A DNA stretch of 64,000 nt from Callorhinchus milii. Lineage: Eukaryota. The DNA is taken from the NCBI RefSeq assembly GCF_018977255.1, contig NW_024704742.1:75518001-75582000 (forward strand). The letters are read 5' to 3'. The notes under the pieces were generated by a model, which saw only the letters and a program-made list of their open reading frames with translations, was not told where the DNA came from and did no database searches. Of the stretch, positions 52,701-64,000 are shown one piece after another; positions within the stretch are counted from its first letter, which is position 1; every line of letters begins with the position of its first letter. The position numbers and the translations under genes are program-made.

Positions 52701-55700
52701 TAGGACTCACCTCCTACACTAAATCTTTCCAACAACTTACATTAGGAAAGTGTCAAGAGATAATGCAGGATCGCCTGATCCTGGAATATGTGCTGAGTAT
52801 TGTTTAGTATTGTTTAGTCACTATTACTGAGCTTTCCTGGGGCGGATAACTCCGCAACACTTCTCACCCCTGCTAAATGCAATGAAACCGGACAACATCC
52901 TCCAAGGTAAGTCACCAGAGCAACCTACAGAGGAGATGTGTTCCAGGTATAATATCGACTGAGGAATCCTTGGCATAGGGAAACTCACATTTATACCTTT
53001 GTTACTTCCCAACTTTTCTCAAAGCTCACCGATCTCTCTAACTCGAGCTGATAAAAACTCTGTCACTGACACCAAACTCTGCATACGCCTTACTTCAGTC
53101 CTTGCCAGGCTCCTCTGGCTCTCTGGTTCCCATCAGATTGATTTCAAGGTCCTCAACCTTAAAAAATCCCTCACCTTCTAGCACCTCCCTATCTCTGATC
53201 ACTTCCTCATTAACCAAGCATTCATTAACTATGCCCTTAACCTCTGGAAGTTCCCCCTCCCTACCCCTCCATCTCTTCCTTTCCCTATCTGTCTTTATAC
53301 AGTCAATTCACTTTACAGTGTGTTCTGTGAAGCGCTTTGGGATGTCCTCCTGACGTGAAAAGCGCTATATCAAATGCAAGGATTATTATTATTATTATTA
53401 TTAAATCTGCCTAAAACATATCTTTAGACCACACCTGTGGGCAGCTCTCTGCCCTACTCCTTCTTTGGCCGGCACTTGATCACATCTTTGTGAAGTACTC
53501 TGAGACATGATCCACTATATAAATGCAATTTGTTATCGTTGTTGCAGGGAAAGAGTTAAATAACAAAATAATCTATTTCAAATTGAACTATTTTGTATCA
53601 TAACTATTCCCCCAAAACTATTATTGTATTTCCTTTTAAGTAAATTAGGCTTGTTCTCTTAGGTCACCATGAAGTCTCTTTACCAAATTGAAGACTGAAA
53701 GTCTGGGCAGGCAACTGATAGAGTTGATGGTGGTAAATTATTTACTGAGCGAAGGTTTCAAATAACAGCGGCACATGTTAGACATTAGAACTAAGGAGGA
53801 AAGTCAAGTGGAACAAGTTTACTCCAAGGGTAATAGACATGGAATAATTCATCAGGATAAGGCACTGCAGGCATTCTGGTTCTAGTTTCCCTGGTTGCAA
53901 AGTGGGTTAAGGCAGATTGAAGGTTCAGATCCTGGTCTGAACTGAGCTGAACTCAGTTGAGGCTATATTTGACCTCAGAAGCCAGGGTCAAGGAGGAGAA
54001 AATAAGCCATGGTTGTCAAGACTCACACATGAATAATGGTACTGAAGGATAATGGAGCCTGTGGAACAATACATCCATGGAAAGGAAAAGAGGAAGCAGA
54101 CGTTTTAGGAGTGTTGGAGGGAGAAAAAGTAGAGGAGAAAAGTTTGGCAAAAAGAAAAAACATATTCTAAAGGCAGCTGAAATCTTTACTGGGGAAGAAA
54201 GGATATTGCGATATGGTATTGAACATACTAAGTAGGTGATAGGTTTGTTGGGTCTAATTTTCTTCCCTGTTCCTAAAACACCCACTATTATTATAATTCA
54301 TTTCCTGAACCTCACTGCCCCTCACAATAAGATTGCATAATGTAGCACCCTCCATGCAGGGTAGCATCTCACAGCACTTAACAGTGTTAAAACTTGATTC
54401 CAAGCCAGGGAAAAAGAGGAGGTGACTGTAGGCATGGTCAAGGAGCAAGGTCTTCAGGTGCAATCTAAAGACTGACAAGAAGAGGGCAAAGTGGAAGGAA
54501 TGAAACAGAGAGTTCAGCGTTTCGGGGAGTAGTGGATGAAAGCACGGCCGCTGATGGTGGAATGGAGGGGACAATAGGATGACCATCAGTCTTCAAGTGA
54601 GCGCAGTTTTGTACTATGGACTTTGGAAGCCTATTTTTAAACATTCATTTGGGTTTTAAGTTGCATTCTTCAATTACTGATATTTTGCGATGTAATGTTC
54701 TTGACTAATAATTTTTTTTTAATATGTGCTTCACCTAAATAGACCTTATAAGGGGCAGAATGGCCAAAGCTTGCCCACAGATAGTGGTGTGGATTGATTG
54801 TTGACTTGAAGCAGACCAGTGGTTGCTGAGCAGAGGGAGCGGTCAGGGCAGTATGGTCGCAGGAGGCAGCAGTAAATATAAGTGCAAGATGTTGGTGTAT
54901 ATACAGAGTTTAAGTTCTTACCAGAACCCATCCTGTAACCTCGTGCTTCTCTGGCCCGCCACGAGTCTGAATGGCAAGGTTATCACGGTCACCAGGCAAC
55001 AGCTCCATCTTTTCTACACCAGTCTCTGTTTTCATTAACTGTTGAAAGTAATATAATGAAGAACAAATCCGTCAATACTAAATATGCCGATTTTAAGTTT
55101 TAACCTTTCTTTATTATTCTCATTGTAATTTGAAATTGTATTTGTAAATATTCTAATAAGTCTAATTGCTATGAGCCCCGACTCGTTTAATACATGATTG
55201 AATCATCATCCAAGATCCTGTCTGCCTGTTTGAGTGGATATTTAAAATCCCACAGCACTATTTGAAAAGAGAAGGGAGTTTCTCTCTCTCAGTGTCCTTG
55301 GTCAACAATCCCCCAAATAACATTGGTCATTCATTCCATTGCTGCTTGTGGGACATTCTGTATGCAAATTGGCTGCAGCATCTGCCCATAAAACACACAG
55401 TAACTGCACTTGACAGTATAACCTGTAAAGCGCTTTGGGATATCCTCCCTATGTAAAAGTGCTATACCAAATGTAAGGATTATTATATAATTGTTATCAT
55501 CTGGAATGGGCAGAGAATTCTTTGGTCTTTTTCCCTGACGTGGATGTTGCTCTTACTCTTCTGATCATCTGTGCCATTGAAATGACTAAAGTTATTGCAA
55601 CTGTCATGGAAGGATTCATACTTCATGTAGAAAATAATTTACAAAGATATATTATTTAAAAACTCTCATTCTACGATTTCTAAACCACACAACCTGAGTA

Positions 55701-55838
55701 AAATAAATAATGCTAATGTTTTGTTTACCTTGTTCCAGGTAAGTATAGGAGTAGGAATTCCAATGACTTCACAACTAAGGTAAACGTGTGATCCAGTGAT
55801 ATTCCAGATTTCATTAGGTTGTGTTACAATTACAGGTT
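46777..55838 (-). CDS. IGFBP7: Insulin-like growth factor-binding protein 7, exons 2-5 (partial; exon 1 beyond window)
   Basis: join complement(55729-55838, 54922-55038, 51043-51172, 46777-46793). Ig domain motifs [41 protein letters not shown] and [11 protein letters not shown]. Synteny with POLR2B is as in human. Confidence 0.93.
46912..48010 (-). mobile_element. L2 LINE RT-region fragment
   Basis: [11 protein letters not shown] and [11 protein letters not shown] motifs, frameshifted. Confidence 0.85.
48303..48745 (-). mobile_element. CR1 LINE 3' fragment
   Basis: [21 protein letters not shown]; (ATTCTATG) terminal repeat. Confidence 0.85.
49526..49797 (-). mobile_element. tRNA-derived SINE, long subtype, partial
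   Basis: Head plus internal segment; core partly deleted. Confidence 0.8.
50146..50446 (-). mobile_element. Young short SINE with internal rearrangement
   Basis: Matches other young copies except at 50342-50378. Confidence 0.88.
50542..50906 (-). mobile_element. tRNA-derived SINE, long subtype
   Basis: Full-length copy. Confidence 0.85.
51043..51172 (-). CDS. IGFBP7: IGFBP7 exon 4
   Basis: [32 protein letters not shown]...; C|GTAAGT donor. Confidence 0.92.
54922..55038 (-). CDS. IGFBP7: IGFBP7 exon 3
   Basis: [39 protein letters not shown], 117 nt. Confidence 0.95.
55729..55838 (-). CDS. IGFBP7: IGFBP7 exon 2
   Basis: [36 protein letters not shown], 110 nt. Confidence 0.93.
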
Positions 55839-58366
55839 CTGCAAAACAAGAAATAGAAAAAGAGCTTTATTTCTTTACTACTTAACATGTCACAATTCTG
55901 CACCTCACTTCAGCTGATTGAATATGGGGAAAGAATGAAGGAGTGGGACTAATTGAATAGCTCGTTCAAAAACCCGGCCGGCTTAGTTATGATCAGCCAA
56001 TGGGCCAATCCTTCTGTGTTGTAAGATTCTAGTAGCAGGTTAATTGAATGAAGTAAAATATAGAAAATAATAAAATAATCCTTCACAGAGGAATTTATCC
56101 AATTCTGTATGGGTTGTACAAAGTACAGTTCACTTCTCTTCACCACAGAGTTCATAGCTTTTTATATAAGTAGCTCTTATTTCTTGCTCTGTCTGTTCTT
56201 CAAATGTAGACTCGTGGTTTACTGTCTAGTGTCCTTGGAACACTTTTTGTTGCACTTCATGTTCAATACACATGATTTCAAGTCCCCATAATTTTACAGA
56301 AGCCATTAAATTGATCATGGGAACAGGGAAGTGGCTATGTCCAGATGACCATATAGTCTACTTTAAGTCTTTGACATGTAGATTGAATGTATTTACCCAA
56401 AGCCAAGCTGAAGGAGAATTGAGCATTCAAACTGTGTGATCAGTCTCCCTTGATGATTAAATGATCTACACAAAGATTGAGGAGCAATTTCATGTGAACA
56501 CCTAGGATTCCTGACCTACAAGCAACAGGGGAAAATACTTATGGTAATTGATCGATTACAAATTTTTAACTCTATTACTAGTCATTATTTTAACATGGTA
56601 AATTATTCAGACCAAACACAGATATCAAACAGCACAGTATTAGACGGGAATCTTCCTTTTCCACAGGAAAAGAGAGGTTTCCGGAAATAGTAATCTTCAA
56701 TTATTTTGACTATTTTAAGGAGTCCATCCAACACAATGTTTATCAGTGAGACCATGCCTAAGGTCACCTCCTCCTCCCCCTGGCTCGTCATCGTGCTCCA
56801 TCATTGTCACATGCTCTGGGATGCTACCCCATGTGAGGGGCGCTATATAAATGCAAATTATTGATGTTGAAACAGGTTACCAGGTTGAAGCCAGTACACT
56901 GCACTAACTGTAAAAATGGGTGATGCTATAATGGGAGGATTGTGGGTGGGTGGGTATATTCTGGAAGGATGAGATCAGATGGGCCGAAGGGCTTTCTTGT
57001 GATCTTTGGTGAAGTATCACACCCATACCTTGATGTGTCATTATCTCCTTCAGATGCTGAATGACCTCCAGTGAATTTCCAGCAATCATAGTTTTCTTTT
57101 TATTTGTAGTATTAATTTCACTTTTAAGTTTTTCTTTAGACACTATATATAGTGTTCAACAAAACCATGCAATTTAGAAACATTGAACATTAGCCTTAAA
57201 CAGTATATCTGATCTCGGGAATATCCCAAATGTTCATATGTTATTGACTTGATATCCAGAATTGGATTTAAATGTTACCCATTAAACTAACATTTAATAT
57301 CACTGCACTGCATTAGTTAATTATATTTAGTGCTCCAAATATTAAAACTTCTTACTTACTGCACTTTGCAACTTATAACCCAATGTTGTACATAGCAGGA
57401 ATGGTTAAAATAATCAGCAATAGATTGGGGCTTGATAACCATGAGTGTTTACTGTAATATGCCAAACTTTGTATATCAGCTGTGAGAAGTTTATACGTGA
57501 TGATGATCACTATTGTTGTAATTTATGCAACATGTTGTACGTTACTTTTTGATCTACAATATGCTCTGTATGCAGTGATATTGACAGCTCCATTTCAGTG
57601 TCACTTCATTGTAAAGCAGCAACTTCAAAAGCTTGAACTCCAGCCAGTTTCTGAGCAATGGAGATCACACCAGTGGTCTGACCTTTCAACCATCTGAAGA
57701 TAAAAGCCGTGGGGCAATGTATAATAGTCTGGGAAGTGATATCTTGGCTAACAGTAATTTTTACACTGATAAGCTACTTGCCGTAAGTTAAGAAACTGCA
57801 TATCAGAATGTATAGCCTTTACACCTGGGTAAGGGGGTCCCATTGTGTAACTGGCTAAAGTGATTTAACAGTTGCAATTAGTAGCTCCTCCAGTGGTTTG
57901 GGTGGGGAATATACTCTGCCCATTGTAGAACCCTTTTATTCCCCCAATCTGTTCTGAGATAGCTGAACTGGGATGCCAGTGACTTATAATCAATTGGCCT
58001 CAGTGTCCCTGGGCTAGAAATGGGAAAATCAACGGGCGTTCCTACCCCTTATTGCTATGCAGTGACAGCAAATGAAAGCAAATACTGAGTGAGGCTGGTT
58101 TAGGCTCAGCTGTTATTGTCCTTTTCACCAGTTTGTTAGCCTGACAACATTCACTCTTTATACTCTCCATGTGAATCTTTACTTTGGATGAGGCACGATA
58201 GTGTGATCGGTGCCTGCAATACCAGAAATCTTCAGGAGAGGGTGGTCTGGAACACATTAGTCATATTGACCCTCCTCACTAGCTCCTTATAGGTATAATA
58301 ATAATAATAGCATACTTCGTAAATTATTATATATATTATTGAAGGTGAATAATACATAACAGTAGA

Positions 58367-60975
58367 CACAACAACAACAACTTGCACTTATATAACGCCC
58401 ACCACGCAGGGTACCATCTCAGAGCGCTTAACAGTGTCGGAGCCTGACTCTGAGTTGGGGGAGCTGGCCGTAAGCACGGGAGAAGAGGAAAGTTTTCAGG
58501 TTGGACTTGAAAGGGAGAGAGGGGGCAAGGCAGAGGGATTGAGGGAGTGTTCCAGAGTTTTGGGGTGTAGTGGCTGAAAGTGGGACCTCCGATGGTGGGG
58601 CAGTGGGTGCGAGGGATGAGCAGGAGGCCGGTGCCAGTCGAGCAGGGGCGTTGGGTGGTGGATTGTGGAGTGAGGAGGTCGGAGAGGCAGGGAGGTGCCA
58701 GGGAGTGAATGGATTTAAACACGAGAGTGAGGATCTTAAAGTCGATCCGTTGGGTGATAAGGAGCCAGTGAAGCCTGGCCAGAACTGGTGAGATGTGGGC
58801 ACTGAGTTTGGTGTGGGTCAGTATGCGGGTGGCAGAGTTCTGAATGAGCTGGATCTTTTGAATGGTGGAGCTGGGGAGACCAGCGAGAAGTGAGTTGGAG
58901 TAATCCAGGTGGGAGGTGACAAACGCCAGCACAAGGTTTTCAGCCATTTGGGATAAGGTACGGTCGGAGGCGGGTAATGTGGCGGAGATGGAAGAAGGCA
59001 GGGACCAGATGTGGGGAAGGAAAACCAGCTGGGAGTCGAACTGGACACCTAGATTGCGCACTGGTTCGGTGAGTCTGAGGGAGAGCCTAGGGAGGTTGAG
59101 GAGTTTAGATCCACAGGAGTAAAGACGTTGACGGGAGCCAAGCAATATGGCTTCCATCTTGTCCACATTCAGCTGCAGGAAGTTTACACTCATCCAGGCC
59201 CTGATGTTTGCCAGACAAGTTGCTAGAACATCAGTGGACCTGGAGTTGGTACTGGAGGAGGCAAAGTAGATTTGTGTGTCATCCGCAAACATGTGGAAGT
59301 TTACCTCGTGTCTGCGAATGATATTACCCAGAGGGAGCATATGGATAAGGAAAAGAAGAGGGCCAAGGATAGAATCCCGCAGGTGACCGGGCAGGGGTGG
59401 AAAAAGAAACCATTTGCTGAGATGAAATGGAGGCGGTTGGTTAAAGAAGAGAAGGTAGAGGGAGCCTTGGTCACAGATAGAGAAAATATGACTTTGACAA
59501 GCGCTCTCTCTGTGCTGTGGTCATAATGAAAACCAGACTACAGGGGCTCGAGGAGGGAGAGGTGGGACTGAAGTTGACCTGCAACAAAATGTTCCAGGAC
59601 TTTGGCAAAGAAGAGTAGATTGGAGATGGGATGGTAGTGTGAGAGATTAGAGGGATCGAGGGTGGGTTTTTTGAGGAGCGGTTTGATGACAGCGGCTTTC
59701 AGGGGGAGTGGAATAGAGCCTGAGGAGAGAGTCTGGTTGACCATGTCGGCCAGCAGGGGTTAGAGAAGTGGGTGTTGAGTGACCAGCAGCTGGGTGGGGA
59801 GAGGGTCAAGGTAGCAGGTGGTGAACTTCAACCAGATGATTGTGGTTGAGAGGGAGGGAGAAATGGGAGCAAAGGGGTGCAAGGAGGGGGTAGAGGCAGG
59901 AACCATGGTGGAGGGAGAAGGCAGTGTAGATGGTCTGGGTGGGGTAGAAGGGAACATGGGAGGAAGAGGACAATGCAGCCAAGCGGATGTTTTCAATTTT
60001 CGAGGCAAAGAAATCTAAGACCTCTTCACACTTGATGTTTCATGTGAGGATAGAGGGGGCTTGAGGGTGGCACAGAGGAAGTGATGGATGGTGGAAACCA
60101 GCGTCTTTGGATTGTTGCTTGCCTCCAGGATGACTTTGGAGTAAAAGTCAGTTTTGGCCTGTGAAAGGGAGGGGCAATAGGTATGGAGGTGCTCGAGCCA
60201 CAGCTGGTCGTGAATCGTGAGGCCGGATTTCTGCCATCTGCGCTTGAGCGTCTGGGTTTGTATTTTGTTTGAGTGGAGATGACGTTGTACCGGGGGCAAC
60301 AGGTGGGTTTGGAAAAAACCCTGGATTTCAGGTGAGCCAGAAAATTGACGGTTGTGGAGAGACGGTCATTCAGCAGCTTGACGGCTACATCAGAATCACT
60401 GCAGGTGGAGGGCCAGAGGGAGAGGAGGTCTGAGGAAGAGAGGGCATTTGTGAGGGCCTCGGGGGAAGCTTTTTCCAGGGGCGGAAAAAAAGGGTTTGGA
60501 AGAGGGGAAGGGTATGCGGGAGGAGAGAGAGATGAGCAAGTGGTCCAAGATGGTCTTGTCCGTAATGGACAGGTCGGAAATGTCAAGGCCATGTGTGGTG
60601 ATGAGGTCGAGGGGGTGGCCATGGTTGTGGGTTGGCGAGTTGATGTGGAGGGTGAGGTTTAGGGAGGAGAGGAGGGCAGTGAAATCTGAGAAGGTGGTGC
60701 AAGGGGAGTTCAGGTGGAGATTGAAATCAACCATTATGAGCAGGTGTTCAGTGCAGAGGGACAGGGATGAGAGGAGAGAGGAGATATCAGTGAGGAAGGA
60801 GCCAGGCGGTTTGGGGGTGGGTAGTAAACCTTGGAGGATTTTGAGGGAGAGAAAGGAGGGATGGTAGAGGGTGAGGTGCTCAAAGGAGGAGAAACAGCCA
60901 GAGGAATAGGGGGATAGACCAAGGAAAGCTTGTGAGATGAGGGCCACCCTGCCACCACATTGGTTGGGATGGGGG
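58367..60975 (-). mobile_element. Long degenerate L2 LINE ORF2 (APE endonuclease + RT + 3' end)
   Basis: VDFNLH, GHPLDL and LDH endonuclease motifs; FHMFADDTQIY RT motif; multiple frameshifts; (TTG)n tail. Confidence 0.9.
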
Positions 60976-63900
60976 GGTGTGATGAAAAGTGTAGCTAGAA
61001 GAGGAGGTAGCAGAAGGATAGTAGAATATACACTATACTTACCCTACCCTGGCGGTTTGAACAAGGCGCCAGTAAGTGGCGTCACACTATACTTACCTGG
61101 ACTACACTTACACAAGGTTTACTGAGTCTTTGAGACCAACTGGATAATATGTAAATTTGTGCTTGTGACTTTGAAAAGAATTTATGTCTGAGCATTTATT
61201 CCACTGCATTCATTGGATTTAAAAGTTTAAAGGTCAAGGCTAACCACCATACCAAATACAGCAAGATGTGCACCACTATTTCTTGGCTTAAGTAGTCTGG
61301 GAAATAACATGCCTTAGTACATTTCTTAGCCTGGCCATAAACTTTCAGGCGCATTCATTACAGTAATAAAGTCATCTTTCTTGTACACTGTAAAGCATTT
61401 TTAGTCCAGAAAAGGACTGAAAAAGAAGCTGGCTCTTGCTAATAATTTACAGCAGTGTTTACAGGCTAAATACGATCTCATTTGGGTCATTGTTTGTGAT
61501 GGAAAACAGCGATGATTTATACATCATGGTTAAGGAATGTTAACTCTTCTTTGAAGCCAAATGCTAGACTTGTCCAGTTAACGCCCCCTACTTTGAATTC
61601 AAATCCCATTTGCCAATGAGCACAAGCACAGATCAGATCATCAAAAAAAAATTGTTTAATTCACTGCTACATCACGTTCAAAACTAAAAAAAATCTTAAT
61701 GCAAAATTGTCTCTAACCTCTAACAAAAATTAATTCTTGAATATCTTCTGCTGCCTCAAACTAATCTGATTTCAAACATGATTTACATGTGTGGTTGTAA
61801 GCAATCTGATTTAATTTTTCTAATAGGTTCTGAGTTGCAGCGTTTGTCTAAAGGTCTCACTCTGACCTGAGGCTTGTTGAGTAGTGAATGCAGTACTGGA
61901 GAGCGTGGGATGTAATTTAATTTCCTGACTAATGTTTGGATGTTTTGAACATTCATACCCCCAAGGTTCAGGCAGAGGTTATGTTTTTGCTTGTTATTGA
62001 GATTATTTTTAAACTTGCTGGGAAACAAAACTTCCAGCAACTTCCCAACTTGAACAGACTCTTTCCCTACAGAGAATGGAAAATTTTCTACAAAAAAAAC
62101 CCTTTTCTTTAAAAAGAATACCAGGATTGTGAGGAGTCTAACATAAAGGTGGTCAGTCTTCAAGAGTAGATTTGCATTAACAATGAGTGACATGATCGGG
62201 GTATCGTTATGAAAGACGAGACTACATTAATGCACTGAAGTATTCTAGACTAACTACAGTTCTGTTGACCATAGTCTATTCCACATTTTTGCCTCAATCT
62301 ACACCTTAATTCAGCAAAAATGTTAAATGTAATTCAATCATGAGTCAAGGTACACAATCACAACTGGGTTTAGCGTAGTTTAAAGTAGTTATCTCCAGTT
62401 TAGGATCTAGCACCAGCATAGACTCAATAGATTGAATAGCTCCTCCTATCCCATAATTTCTATGACTGATTTTATGATGGCTACAAAAGAGGCCAGCAAA
62501 ATCAGAAAAACTTTTGGAGGAATTTATGTATTTACATGAGGACAATAACAGTCAGGGCCACAGATGCAATGTTTTCCCTACTTCCTGGCTCATTCAGTAA
62601 CTATTTGTACACAAAGGTTGGTTTCAGAGCTAGCCGAAAAAACATACAGCTTTATTTGGGAATTTCAATGTTTGCGCTCATATTTCTGACATGTTGTCAT
62701 CAAAGTTGACTTGAACAGAGAAGGACATTCTTTAAAATATTTATTTCTAAAGTCTAGGAGTTTTCTTTCCCATGGTCAATTGTATCTGAGAACCTGAAAG
62801 CCTTACTAACATATCACAAAACCACCCACAGGATGCTCTTTCCTTCCCCCTTGAGTTTATAGAATGTTTGATACTGATAATATGTGCCAACAAATGCACC
62901 AGACTGAGAAGCAGATGTGTTGTGGTTTGAATACAATGTTGTAGCATGTTTATCAATTAGCTCTGATTTGTGAGAACCAATGTGAAGCAATGAGGTCAAT
63001 ATTAATATAACATGTCATCAATATAACATTTCGTTTTGTTCAATATTTAATTCACTGCCACTTCTCTTCTAGGAATGCCTACCTTGAAGAAGTTCTGCTC
63101 TGCTCTTCTCTTCGACATGACTTTCATTCTTCCCTTTTACCTTGATCTCCTTCTTTGCTCTCTGTTTCCCTTCTTGTGTTTGATAATGTGTCCACTAAAA
63201 CCCGTTTTCACAGCCACATCTTTCCCCAGTAACTGTCTTAAACTGCAACTAATTTCATATGGATTCCATCTTAAATGTTTTGTCTAACATAACATCTGTG
63301 GCACTGGCCTTTACAATTTTATTTGCCGGCCTCAACTTGCACAGAGGTCTCATGGATTTAAATTCTGTGTAATTCTGTCAATAAAATTTGAAAATCACAG
63401 AATTTGTAGAAAATATATCACATGTATTTCAATAAATACACACAAAGTTCTTCAGACATCTTTTTTGGCGCAAAAAATTCCTTTTTATTGAGTAAAACCC
63501 TTATCTGGTCCTCATTAACAGATTGGGTTCAAAGTAGTGTTATTTTCCTATTCAAGCTTTATAAGTTCTGAGGTTTCAACACCAGCACTAATATACAATT
63601 AGTTGTGGTCTTGGTGTTAACAAGCAACTACTTAATATTCAAGGAGCCAGCCTGTCAGTTTGGGAATTGGGAACCTTTCACTTAAGCCAAACATTCTTTC
63701 ATTTCAGCTATTGCTGCTTTCAGACATCTGTCTCCTTCAGTGTCTGTGCAAAGCTAGAAGCTTGTTATTAGTGATTTGTTTTTAACTTTGCACAGAGGAG
63801 ACTCTATTCCCACTAGGTCACAGCTTTGACAAATCATTTGCAATGTCAGGAGTACTGAACCTCTTCGGACCAAGCTACTGTTGGTAACAGTTTCACTGCC

Positions 63901-64000
63901 CAAGTTTTAACATTCATGACAGGATGATGCCAGTTCTCAATTTGCTTAAGATTCTGGGAGACGGGAATATACTTAACCCTCTCCCAGAACTACCAATTTC

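Noticed and set aside
58336..59340. 334-aa RT ORF as a domesticated gene
   Set aside because: It is part of a frameshifted, partly deleted L2 and drifts out of the ORF2 frame.
61089..61100. U1 snRNA gene (ATACTTACCTGG)
   Set aside because: Only 12 nt match and no U1 body follows.

Overview
This is vertebrate genomic DNA, probably from a cartilaginous fish (inferred from the Deu-type SINE/L2/CR1 repeat content). Three protein-coding genes were reconstructed by hand. (1) A THAP1-like gene on the minus strand (ATG 13779) has three clear exons plus a probable fourth exon at 2977-3176. (2) A complete 25-exon POLR2B (RPB2, 1174 aa) lies on the plus strand at 15523-46192, head-to-head with the THAP1-like gene. 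(3) Exons 2-5 of IGFBP7 lie on the minus strand, tail-to-tail with POLR2B; its exon 1 is beyond the window. A further CpG promoter sits at the left edge. Non-coding DNA is dense in tRNA-Ala-derived Deu-type SINEs, L2 and CR1 LINE fragments, older SINEs, two MITEs and Penelope-like hairpin remnants with decayed hammerhead-ribozyme cores. No wholly new system is evident. The best leads are the THAP1-like gene's position and extra exon, the hammerhead remnants, SINE/L2 tail co-variation, templated-insertion repair scars and an AT-to-GC shifted SINE next to a CpG island. Repeat boundaries are approximate, and family names come from recalled consensus features rather than database searches.
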